Source: Macrostomum lignano
Taxonomy: Eukaryota
NCBI GenBank assembly: GCA_002269645.1
Contig: NIVC01000925.1
Span: 62,001 to 126,000, forward strand
DNA length: 64,000 nucleotides
Direction: 5' to 3'
In this document: in pieces, positions 11,649-21,921 of the stretch
Numbering within the stretch: position 1 is the first letter of the stretch
Layout of the letters: every line of letters starts with the position of its first letter
The notes under the pieces: model-generated
Seen by the model: the letters and a program-made list of their open reading frames with translations, nothing else
What the model was told of the DNA's origin: nothing
The model's database searches: none
Made by a program: the position numbers and the translations under genes

Positions 11649-12284
11649 TCAGTAGTCGTACATCCCGCTACTACCGAGCGTGTAGACGTTGCTGCACTGC
11701 TGCGCACCGCTGCGATGAGCTCCAGCACCTGCAGTCGTGGCTTGGTGCGACTTGAACGCTGAAAAAATCAAATTTGTGCTCCGTCCCGCTGCGTTGCCGC
11801 CATGCGAACGGCTGGCGGCCGCTGACTGTTGACTGTGCCTCTCGAACTGCTGCTGCTGCAACTGCAGTTGGTTTCTCGGCCGAGCTCCATCGTTGTCGAA
11901 GTTGCCTCCGCGCCAGCAGCAGCAGCGACCAACCAGATATCCGATGCAACCGTCTCGTCCTTCGTACTGTCGGTCTCGCGCAGTCTCCAGTAGTTGCTGC
12001 TGCGGCTGCTGCTGCTGCTGCTGACGGCTGTTAATCTGCATCCGTTTGAGTCTGTTTTCAATCTCGGCCTGACGATGCAGACTGCGCGTCAGAGCGCTGT
12101 AGGTTCGATTCTGCGCGGCCGCGCGCCTTCTCTGCCTGTAGTGCAGAAACGACATTGTCAGCAGGATCACCAGAGTAGCGAAGATGGCCAAGTGCACCAG
12201 CCAGATGGCGTTGTGGCCGCGATAACTTGTCACCAGCTGAGCAACTGTGGCTTGATCGGATATCGATAGCGGCGTTGGCGGCAT
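11649..12284 (-). CDS. Hypothetical single-pass membrane protein, 211 aa, intronless
   Basis: Intact ORF. One hydrophobic segment (AIWLVHLAIFATLVILLTMSFLHY) followed by a basic stop-transfer RQRRR; GC content and CAG runs resemble neighbouring real exons; no recognisable domain. Confidence 0.55.
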   Translation of the reverse strand: MPPTPLSISDQATVAQLVTSYRGHNAIWLVHLAIFATLVILLTMSFLHYRQRRRAAAQNRTYSALTRSLHRQAEIENRLKRMQINSRQQQQQQPQQQLLETARDRQYEGRDGCIGYLVGRCCCWRGGNFDNDGARPRNQLQLQQQQFERHSQQSAAASRSHGGNAAGRSTNLIFSAFKSHQATTAGAGAHRSGAQQCSNVYTLGSSGMYDY

Positions 12285-12904
12285 GCTTTATTATTTATTG
12301 AAGCTGGATTCGTGTGTATCCTCTGGGATTCTGATTTTGTCGATTCTCAACCAGTGTAAGATATTTATATAAGCTAGAGAACTGCTGCTCCTCATTGGCC
12401 AACAAAGAGAATTGTGCATGAAATATTGAAATTTGATGGCTAATGCTGGATTCCACCTGTCCTGGCGCCCCCCCCCCAATCTTTCCCTCTTCCTCTCCCG
12501 TCTCCATCTGCCCCTCTGCTCTGCTCTAGCTGCTCTCCTCTCCACTCCACTTGATTCATACAGTACAATGAGTTTCATTGGTTTGCAGTGAGCAAACTTG
12601 TATATTAACATGATCATCAGGTGTGTCCAGGGCGTCATTTACAGAGGGAGCTCAATATAGTTTTTTAGGGGGGGGGGAGAGGGGAAGGGTGACTGGATCC
12701 CGAATTGCAGTAGCTAGCAGCAGATATTGCAGCCATATCAGCTCTGCATTAAATAGCATTATGAAGCGTCTGGAAGCTTTTCATATATGGTGACCCAAGT
12801 GCATGCGTCGTGGCTATTTCTATGACTCTTTCAGTTTCATGAAACTCACCTTAATCTCCATTCTTTATCAAAGTTACATAGGTATTTAGTAACAGAGTAG
12901 ATTG

Positions 12905-13430
12905 TCTCTATGGCACCGATTCACGATATTCACTATAGTTTCTATGGCACAAATTTACGATATTCACTATAGTGTCTATGGCACAAATGCACGATATTCA
13001 CAATAGTGTCTATGGCACAAATGCACGATATTCACAATAGTGTCTATGGCACAAATGCACGATATTCACTATAGTGTCTATGGCACGAATGCACGATATT
13101 CACTATAGTGTCTATGGTACAAATGCAGGATATTCACTATAGTGTCTATGGTACAAATGCAGGATATTCACTATATTGTCTATGGTACAAATGCAGGATA
13201 TTCACTATAGTGTCTATGGCACGAATGTACGATATTCATTATAGTGTCTATGGCACAAATTCACGATATTCACTATAGTGTCTATGGCACGAATGCACGA
13301 TATTCACTATAGTGTCTATGGCACAAATGCACGATATTCATTATAGTGTCTATGGCACGAATGCACGATATTCATTATAGTGTCTATGGCACGAATGCAC
13401 GATATTCACTATAGTGTCTATGGCACAAAT
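12905..13430. repeat. 34-bp minisatellite (GTGTCTATGGCACAAATGCACGATATTCACTATA)
   Basis: About 15 units; many unit junctions form the 10-bp palindrome CACTATAGTG. Confidence 0.93.
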
Positions 13431-13557
13431 ACAGTATACGATGTTAACACTTGCCAGTTTCCACTGCACTTTCCTACTTTGCCTTGACAAAATCAATAAA
13501 TAGAAAGCGAAGATTAGAACTACTCTCGTACATGTATGAACATTCTTTCTATATTTA

Positions 13558-13831
13558 GGGTAGTAGTCAGTGGTTGGAGCGTCGGACTTACGACTGGAAG
13601 ATCTGGGTTCGATTCTCGACTCACCCGGAACAATCTAGCTGTGTCCTTGAGCAAGACACTTAACTCTGTAATGCTGGGGTAATTGAGGGTGTGTGTGGCG
13701 ATCCCCCAGTCCTTGGACTGAACAGCCGTACGCAGCTCTCAGATGCGCCGCGCAATAGGTGCGGCTGAGCTGTCGGTTGCACATCTGCTCATTATTAGAG
13801 AGCAGGTGTAATCAATTTATTATTTTATTAT
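13558..13831 (+). mobile_element. tRNA-derived CORE-type SINE
   Basis: A box TAGTCAGTGG and B box GGTTCGATTCT; CORE-like GCTGTGTCCTTGAGCAAGACACTTAACTCTG at ~13638-13668; (ATT)n-like tail; possible TTCTATA TSD. Confidence 0.8.
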
Positions 13832-14278
13832 TCTATAGTTAAGAGTATAGAAAACGTGAAGTGGCAGTTCTGTGAATAACAAAATACAACCGTGATAGGC
13901 CTGGAGCGTATCTGTCACAACAGCTGTTAGCACACGGCAAATAAGTAATTAATTCAAGTCACAACTTGAACTGGCGAAAGCTATAGGCAATATAAAGTTA
14001 CAGCGTCGTGACAGGAAAGTCAACAACACCCCCAGCAACAGCTGAAGACCCATAGCAGAATTTTACAAGCAGTTCCAATTCTCTAATTTGCATGCTAATT
14101 GCCTTTTTTATAATAAAGCCTCTGACGGCCGAGCGACACGAGACTTGAATTTAGATGCGACCTGATTTTTTCTCTGCCTTCTTGCCTTCCTGTGGATTTT
14201 GCTGCTTTTATTGAACCGATTCTAACGGCTCCCCTAATAAGCTAAAAGGTCTTAGGCGAAAATAAAATAGGTCGCAAT

Positions 14279-15163
14279 ATGCAATCCAAGCAGAGATCTC
14301 AATTAGATCCGTGTTTCTCGTCCGTTGCCAAGCGGAACAAAGCGGCGGCAGCAGCGGCGACTGCAGATTCTGCAAATTCAAAAGCCGGTTCCAAAAGCAA
14401 GCGCTCGTCCAAGCAGCAGCGCAACTGCCATCCAACCATCCTGTCTCACGGCATGTTTCACCGGCACCCCAGCCTGTCTATCGAGCACTTTCATTTCCCC
14501 TCCCTGTCCGACTCCAACCCGTTTCCTTGGCTGGCTAGCGACGCTCGGGACAGCTCCGAAGGCGGCGACAGACCTAGTCGACGACCACGCCGAGAGCGCA
14601 AAGACTCTGTGTTCCTTGCTTCTAGCTGGGACAGCGTTATTGACAAGCACCTGTGCAGCAGCAGCGGCGGTAGCGGCGGCGGTGGCGGCTGCGACACGGC
14701 CAGGAACTTCGTCGGTCGGAATTACTGTCGGCAGTTGAACGAAGAAGACGACGAGAATGATGACGACGTGTTCGACCTGCAGCAACAGCAGCAGCAGCAG
14801 ACTGGCCGACAGCGGAAGCAACTCGGCCCCGATCGTCGGCGCGGCTCGCGAGATCCGCGCTGGCGCGAAGCAATCGCCGAATCGGTGCGTCGCAACTTCG
14901 ATCTGGCGGCCAACCGTCGGGACCACTTCGCCGGCCTGTGCATCAGGATTGATCCGCCCCTGACTGCCCGGCGTCGACTACAACGGTTGTTAGGCAACGA
15001 TAGAATCTACTGCATTGCCGGTAGACCGGTTGTGTCGCTGTGCGATAAAGAGTACTCGCGCAAACTAGCCGATGCGCTGGATAAACAAGCAGAAGTTGAA
15101 CAGCTGGAACGGGAAGCTCGCCTGGTTGAGGCTGAGAGACTGCGAGAGCTGCGTCTGATCTGA
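14279..15163 (+). CDS. Hypothetical protein, 294 aa, intronless; low-complexity N-terminus and helical, charged C-terminus
   Basis: Long intact GC-rich ORF in AT-rich surroundings with exon-like CAG runs; no domain recognised. Confidence 0.6.
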   Translation: MQSKQRSQLDPCFSSVAKRNKAAAAAATADSANSKAGSKSKRSSKQQRNCHPTILSHGMFHRHPSLSIEHFHFPSLSDSNPFPWLASDARDSSEGGDRPSRRPRRERKDSVFLASSWDSVIDKHLCSSSGGSGGGGGCDTARNFVGRNYCRQLNEEDDENDDDVFDLQQQQQQQTGRQRKQLGPDRRRGSRDPRWREAIAESVRRNFDLAANRRDHFAGLCIRIDPPLTARRRLQRLLGNDRIYCIAGRPVVSLCDKEYSRKLADALDKQAEVEQLEREARLVEAERLRELRLI

Positions 15164-15445
15164 ACTGCATGCTTATGCGCTAGAAAACTACTTGTAGAAG
15201 TAAAAATGAGAGATTTTCACCCAAAATGTAACCCATTGTTTAACTTCCAAGCACTTGAACTCATTTTAATGTCTAACACTCCTGCGTGCATGGCTTCAAG
15301 TGCATGCTTCCTATGCTACAAAATATGAAATTAGAGAAACCTTCGTACGCGATCTCATCTGCACACTGTAGCAATTATACGTACAGTATAGGTCATTTTT
15401 AAGGATCTCGGTCGTTAGATTTACCTTTTCGATATCCATATAATT

Positions 15446-16229
15446 GGGTCCATGAGAATTTCCCGCAGACGAGTTTTGCCCGCAGGATATTTGCCCGCCG
15501 AGGTTTGCCCGCCAAGCTTTTCCCGCCAAGCTTTTCCCACCGAGAATTGCCGCGAGAGAATTGCCCGTGAGATAATTGCCCGCGAGATTATTGCCCGCGA
15601 GATTATTGCCCGCGAGAGAATTGCCGACGAGAGAATCATGCTCGCGAGAGAATTTCCCGCGAGATAATTGCCCGCGAGAGAATTGCCCGCGAGAGAATTG
15701 CCCGCGAGAGAATCATGCTCGCGAGAGATCGAATTGACCGCGAGATAATTGCCCGCGAGAGAATTTCCTGTGAGAGATTTTGTCTGCATTGCCCCCCCCT
15801 CAATGTTTATAAAGTAAGTCTAATAGAGATTTACTTGATCAAACAGTTTCGATACATGAGTAAACTACATATATCTCAAATGCATTATTGATATTTTTCT
15901 TGTGGGTTTTCATTTCTCTTTACATGCACTGATATGGGTATATCGGTGAGCTATTAATTCATGCATACCATGTCGCTTTGTCCCCTAAATCTCTTTATCA
16001 AGACTTACTAGCATTTGGGGGCAATGCAGAAAACATCTGCCGTGTGGCAAAATACGCACTGGAGTAAAAAAGCATTGCGGGCGAAGTTGATCAGCGCAGG
16101 AAAAGCTCGGCGGGCAATTCACTCGCGGGCAAAATGCACTGCAGGCAAATCTTGGCAAAAAATTGGTCGGCGGGCAAATCTCGACAGGCAAATACTCCTA
16201 TATAGTCTGCAGGCAATTCTTGTGCTTCC
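15446..16229. mobile_element. Mutator/foldback-type MITE with a 9-bp TSD and subterminal GCCCGC repeats
   Basis: TSD CATATAATT at 15437-15445 and 16230-16238; imperfect 25-bp TIRs beginning GG (18/25 matches); 15-bp GCCCGCGAGAGAATT array inside the left arm. Confidence 0.75.
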
Positions 16230-17800
16230 CATATAATTATGCCTTCCTTCTGTAATTTTTTAAAGATTTTAGGCCTTAAAAGCTAACTACAATTATCAAT
16301 GAAGTGGCTTACTGTACTTAAGTTTAACATATATCGTAACTCGTATTCATCCCTAATACTAAAACTGACGCGATGTTTGTCTGTGTGTGTGTGTGTTGCA
16401 AGTGAACTCCTACAATACTTGCAAGTCAGCGTCGAAACTTATATGGGAAAATTGCAAATTTTCCGTATCAGGCTTTAGACTATCCTTCCTAATACTAAAA
16501 CTGACGCGATGTTTGTCTGTCTGTCTGTCTGTCTGTATGTAGCAAGTGAACTCCTACAATACTGCCAAGTCAGCGTCGAAACTTATATGGGAAAACTGCA
16601 AATTTTCCGGAGCAGGCTTTAGGCTATTTTAATTTTTAATTTTCACATTTTAACATCCCTAAAAAAGCAGAAAACTGCTTTTTTAACCCCCAATAACCTT
16701 CTTTGGCCACTCTGACTGGGGCTGCAGCCAGTTTGTAAAAATAGCCACCCCAACCTCCGCCCGCGGGCCGCTGTGTATTGAGGGGTGGTGGGTGCGCGTG
16801 TTCTGGGTTCAATGCAAATAAAACCCCCGCCTGTTGGGGGTTGAGTTAAATTTAATGATTCCCCCAGAACGGGGGTTGGGCTTGGGCTGAGTGTACATAG
16901 CAGTTGTACAGTGTAAATAGATAGACTGTGTCGAGATTCATTTGGTTTTATTATTGGCAGCCCTGTGTATTAGTTTGGCAGTGAAATTCAATGAATAAAC
17001 TTGCGAGCTTCTCTAGCAAGCAGTCGGGAAATCGGTAAATTTCAAACGCTAACTGTTCCTCGAGTTTTAAACTTTGAGAGGAGAGACTTATATTGCTGGA
17101 AAGATCTTGCAACGCTGAGTTCGGGGATATAAGTTGTATGCTTTAAATATGAAAAGAAAAAGCACAGCATTTAAAAAACTATTTCCATACTTTTAACTTT
17201 CTGCAAAAATTGTACTCAGTTTTGCGAGACGTAATAGATAAAGTTGGGCGTATTGGAAGGGGGTCTGCCGCTGCGTATTGGAGGGTTGATTTAGATTGCG
17301 CAACCGTTTATTTACTTTAAATAAGACTGATAGATTCATTTGGTTTTATTATTGGCAGCCCTGTGTATTAGTTTGGCAGTGAAATTCAATGAATAAACTT
17401 GCGAGCTTCTCTAGCAAGCAGTCGGGAAATCGGTAAATTTCAAACGCTAACTGTTCCTCGAGTTTTAAACTTTGAGAGGAGAGACTTATATTGCTGGAAA
17501 GATCTTGCAACGCTGAGTTCGGGGATATAAGTTGTATGCTTTAAATATGAAAAGAAAAAGCACAGCATTTAAAAAACTATTTCCATACTTTTAACTTTCT
17601 GCAAAAATTGTACTCAGTTTTGCGAGACGTAATAGATAAAGTTGGGCGTATTGGAAGGGGGTCTGCCGCTGCGTATTGGAGGGTTGATTTAGATTGCGCA
17701 ACCGTTTATTTAACTTTAAATAAGACTGATACTGTCTGACTGAGAAATGGTTTGCGCAATTAATTGATTCAATTAATTCAACACGCAGCTCTGGGCAGCT

Positions 17801-17818
17801 CTAACCCTAACCCTAACC
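17801..17818. repeat. Short interstitial telomeric repeat (CCCTAA)n
   Basis: CTAACCCTAACCCTAACC. Confidence 0.8.
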
Positions 17819-18174
17819 AATGAACTAAGAGTTAAGTTCTTTTTGACAGAGAAAATTTCGATTGAGTCCAGTTTCACGGAGTATTCTGATGGTTTTCGGT
17901 TTCACGGAGAGGATTTCTTTTTCGTGGAGAGAATCTAGATGTATTTCTGTTTTACGGAGACGATTTTGATGGATGTCAGTTTCACTCAGAGGATTTCCAT
18001 GGAGCCCAGTTTCACGGAGAGGGTTTCTGTTTCGCGGAGAGGATTTCTGTTTCGCGGAGAGGATTTCTGTTTTGCGGAGAGGATTTCTGTTTCGCGGAGA
18101 GGATTTCTGTTTCGCGGAGAGGATTTCTGTTTCACGGAGGGATTTTGGTATCTTCAGTCAGTCAGTAAAGAGAG

Positions 18175-18600
18175 TAAAGACAAGAGTGAAAAGAGAAGAG
18201 AGAAGAGATTATAGAAAAGAGAGTAGAGATGAGAGAGGACAGATTAGACATGACAGATGGGAGAGAAGAGGGGAGTAAGGCGGGAACGAAGAGGGAGAGA
18301 GAAGAAAAGAGGAGAGAGGAGATGAGAGGGAAGATATGAGATAGCAGAGGGAGACAGGAGAGATGAGAGGAGAGAAAAGAGAGGAGCTGAGAGTAGAGGA
18401 GAAAGAAATAGTGAGATGAGGCATGAGGGATGTGAGATGAGAGAGGAGAGAAGAGAGGAGAGAGAAGAAAACAGGGGATAAAGGAGACAGGAGAGAAAGA
18501 CGAAAGACGAGGGAGAAGAGATAAATAAGTTGGTAGAGATGAGAGACGTGAGAGGAGAGAAAAGAGAAGAGAGGAGACAGAAGAATCTGAGTCTGGACAA
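18175..18600. repeat. GA-rich polypurine low-complexity tract
   Basis: Almost exclusively A/G on the + strand; source of the spurious L/S-rich minus-strand ORFs. Confidence 0.85.
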
Positions 18601-19702
18601 TGGCAGTCAGTTTTTGCGAACAGGGAAAACAAGATATGGTATTTGAAAGGCTTTACAGAGGATTTGGAGATGATTTGGAAGATGGGATTCAAGTCATGGA
18701 ATTTCAGCTGATGGATTTCAGGGAATGGAATTCCGGTGATGGGAGTTCTTCCCCTTTCTCCTCCAGAGGAGGAGTTGGCCTCGTCCTAATACTAAAACTC
18801 TAGCGATGTTTGTCTGTCTGTCTGTCTGTCTGTATGTTGCAAGTGAACTCCTACAATTCTGGTAAGTCAGCGTCGAAACTTATATGGGAAAACTGCAAAT
18901 TTTCCGGAGCAGGCTTTAGGCTATTTTAATTTTTAATTTTCACATTTTAACATCCCTAAAAAAGCAGAAAACTGCTTTTTTAACCCCCAATAACCTTCTT
19001 TGGCCACTCTGCCTGGGCTGCAGCCAGTTTGTAAAAATAGCCACCCCAACCTCCGCCCGCGGGCCGCTGTGTATTGAGGGGTGGTGGGTGCGAGTGGAAG
19101 TAAAACCCCCCGCGTGTTGGGGGGTTCAGTTAAATTTAATGCTTCCCCAGAACGGGGGTTGGGCTTGGGCTGAGTGTACATAGCAGTTGTACAGTGTAAA
19201 CAGATAGATAGGAATCAGGACTGTGTCGAGATTCAATTGGTTTTATTATTGGCGCCTTTTTTCTCCATAGGCATCCCTGTGTATTAGCTTAGCAGTGAAA
19301 TTCAATGAATTGCGAGCTTCTCTAGCAAGCAGTCGGGAGATCGGTAAATTTCAAACGCTAACTGTTCCTCGAGTTTTAAACTTTGGGAGGAGAAACTTAT
19401 ATTGCTGGAAAGATCTTGCAACGCTGAGTTCTGGGATATAAGTTGTTTGCTTTATATATGAAAACTAAAAGCTTTTCATTGGGAAAACTATTCCCATACT
19501 TTTAACTTTTTGCAAAAATTGTAATCAGTTTTGCGAGACGTAATAGATAAAGTTGGGGGGAGGGTTCAACTTCTCACTGCTGCTGTGTATTGGAGGGTTG
19601 ATTTAGATTGACTGACTGACTGTGAAATCAGTTGCGCAATGAATTGATTCAATTAGTTCAATATCTTTATCAGTGCCTTTTAACACGAAGCTGTGCGTAG
19701 TT

Positions 19703-19738
19703 CTAACCCTAACCCTAACCCTAACCCTAACCCTAACC
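19703..19738. repeat. Interstitial telomeric repeat (CCCTAA)n, ~6 units
   Basis: CTAACCCTAACCCTAACCCTAACCCTAACCCTAACC, at the position homologous to 17801. Confidence 0.85.
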
Positions 19739-20174
19739 AATGAATCCGGAGAGTTGAGTTGTTTGACGGAAAAAATTCGATTGAGTCCAGTTTAGCGGAG
19801 ACGATTTCAATGTTTTATTTTGACGAAGAGGATTTCTGTTTCGTGGAGAGGATTTCAATGGTGTTCAGTTTCGTGGAGAGGATTTCAATGGTGTTCAGTT
19901 TCGTGGAGAGGATTTCGATGATGTTCAGTTTCACGGAGAGGATTTCGATGATGTTCAGCTTCACGGAGAGGATTTCGATGATGTTCAGCTTCACGGAGAG
20001 GAGATAATTTATGATTGATTTCTATTTTATGGAGACGATTTTGATGAATTTAAGTTTCAAGGAGAGGATTTCGAAGGAGTCCAGTTTCACGGAGAGGATT
20101 TCGATGGTTTTCAGTTGCACGGACAGGATTTCTGCTTCGCGGAGAGGATCTTGATGGATTTGGCATCTTCAATC

Positions 20175-21300
20175 AGTCAGAGAAAAGAGTAAAGAGAAGA
20201 ATGAAAGCAGAGGAGAGATGAGATGATAGAAAACAGAGTAGAAATGAGTAGAGAAATTAGACATGACAGATGGGAGAGAAGAGGGGAGTAAGGCGGGAAC
20301 GAAGGAGAGAGAAGAGAAGAGGAGAGAGGAGATGAAGAGAGAGGATATGAGAGAGGAGATATGAGATAGCAGAGAGGAGACAGGAGAGAGAAGAAAGGAG
20401 GGATAAGAGCGTACAGAGGCAATAGAAGAGAGGAAAGAGAGGAGAGAGGTGAGAGGTGAGAGGAGAGAGATGAAAGATCAGAGATCAGAGATTTAAGAGA
20501 AGAAAGTAGTGAGGAGAAAGAAGAGGGTAAAGATGAGAGTGCAGAGAGGAGAGAAACGAGAGGAGACAGGTGGTAGAAAGGAGTGTAAAAACAGCAGATA
20601 AGAAAGGGGAGGGTGAGAGTGAGAGCATATAGGAAAGTGTAAAAGGGGAGCAGAGGAGAGAGAATAGATAAGTGAGTAGAGAAGAGATATGAGAGAGGAA
20701 AGACGAGGGGAGAGAGGAGACAGGAGAGAGTAAATTTGAAAGACCTGGGAGAAGAGATAAATAAGATAGTACAGATGAGAGGAGAGAGAGAGGAGAGATG
20801 AGAGATGCAATGAGAAAAGAGATGAGTGAGAAAATAAGAGAGAGAAGAGATTAGAGATTAGAGAAGAGATGAGGGGAGATGAGAGGAGAGAAGAGAGAAT
20901 GGAGAGGAGAGAAAAGAGAGGAGAGGAGACAGGTGATGCAGTAGAAAGGAGGGAAGAAAAATGGGAGATAAGAAAGGAGAGGTTGAGAGCGTATAAGAGA
21001 TACGAGAAATGAGAGCAGAGAGAAGAGAGAAAAGGGAAGAGAGAAAGTAGAGCGGAGACGATAGATAAGTGATTAGAGATGAGATATGAGAGAGGAGAGA
21101 AAAGGGGAGAGATAAGATAGAAGATAGGAGAGTAGACAGGAGAGGGAGAAGAGAAAGACGAAAGACGAGGGAGAAGAGATAAATAAGGGAGTAGAGATAA
21201 ATAAGAGAGTAGGGGTAGAGATGAGATGAGAGAGAGGAGAGAGAAGCGAGTCACGATAATAGCGAAGAGAGGAGAGAGTAGATATGAGAGACGTAAGAGT
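20175..21300. repeat. GA-rich polypurine low-complexity tract; longer homologue of 18175-18600
   Basis: Shares segments such as AGATTAGACATGACAGATGGGAGAGAAGAGGGGAGTAAGGCGGGAACGAAG. Confidence 0.85.
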
Positions 21301-21921
21301 CTTTGAGCTATGGTCTTTGAAAGGTTTGTAAAGAATTTGGAGACGATTTGGAAGATGGGATTCAAGACATGGAATTTCAGTTGATGGATAATTCAGGGAA
21401 TGGAATTCCGGTGATGGGAGTTCTTCCCCTTTCTCCTCCGAAGGAGGAGTTCCACTCGTCATAATATAAAAATAATTAACTTTTTGAATAAATATTAAAT
21501 ACGAGCTACATCGAATCATATTGGCAAAACAGGTTCTTTGCCTGTTCCAAACTTACTATACTACTACTACTGCTGCTCAGCAGACTCTTCTTGGTCTGCG
21601 TCTTTTGCGTGTCATCTGTCATGGTGCGTGAGCGTGACATAGTGTGTGACGTGTCCCTTTGGCCATGTGCTGCGCTCTTTCGCCGTCTTTGTTTGACTGA
21701 CCCTGGTCAGTGATGGAACTTGTGCTAGGCCTGTTTTAACTATTAGTAAGCCTAAAAAGTTCAAGGTTACTAGGTTAGGGCCTAGGGTTGTGGACTTGTG
21801 GTATCGTATCAGTTTATGGCATGGACATTAGGCCTAGAATACCTAGATGATTTGAATTAGATTAGGGCCTAGGCCTAGTACAATGAAAAAACGAAACATT
21901 TCGCTTTTGGCTTGTGTGTGT

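Larger units (their letters stand above)
16350..21458 (+). mobile_element. Head-to-tail non-autonomous Helitron-like units: truncated head 16350-16483, unit 1 16487-18783, unit 2 18784-21458
   Basis: Each starts TC(C)CTAATACTAAAAC followed by a (GTCT)n or (GT)n microsatellite, as in Lep1-type Helitrons. Units 1 and 2 end with hairpin CTCCTCC-NNN-GGAGGAG + 5 nt + CTCG and are co-linear. Unit 1 has an internal ~400-bp direct duplication (~16925-17730). Confidence 0.65.
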
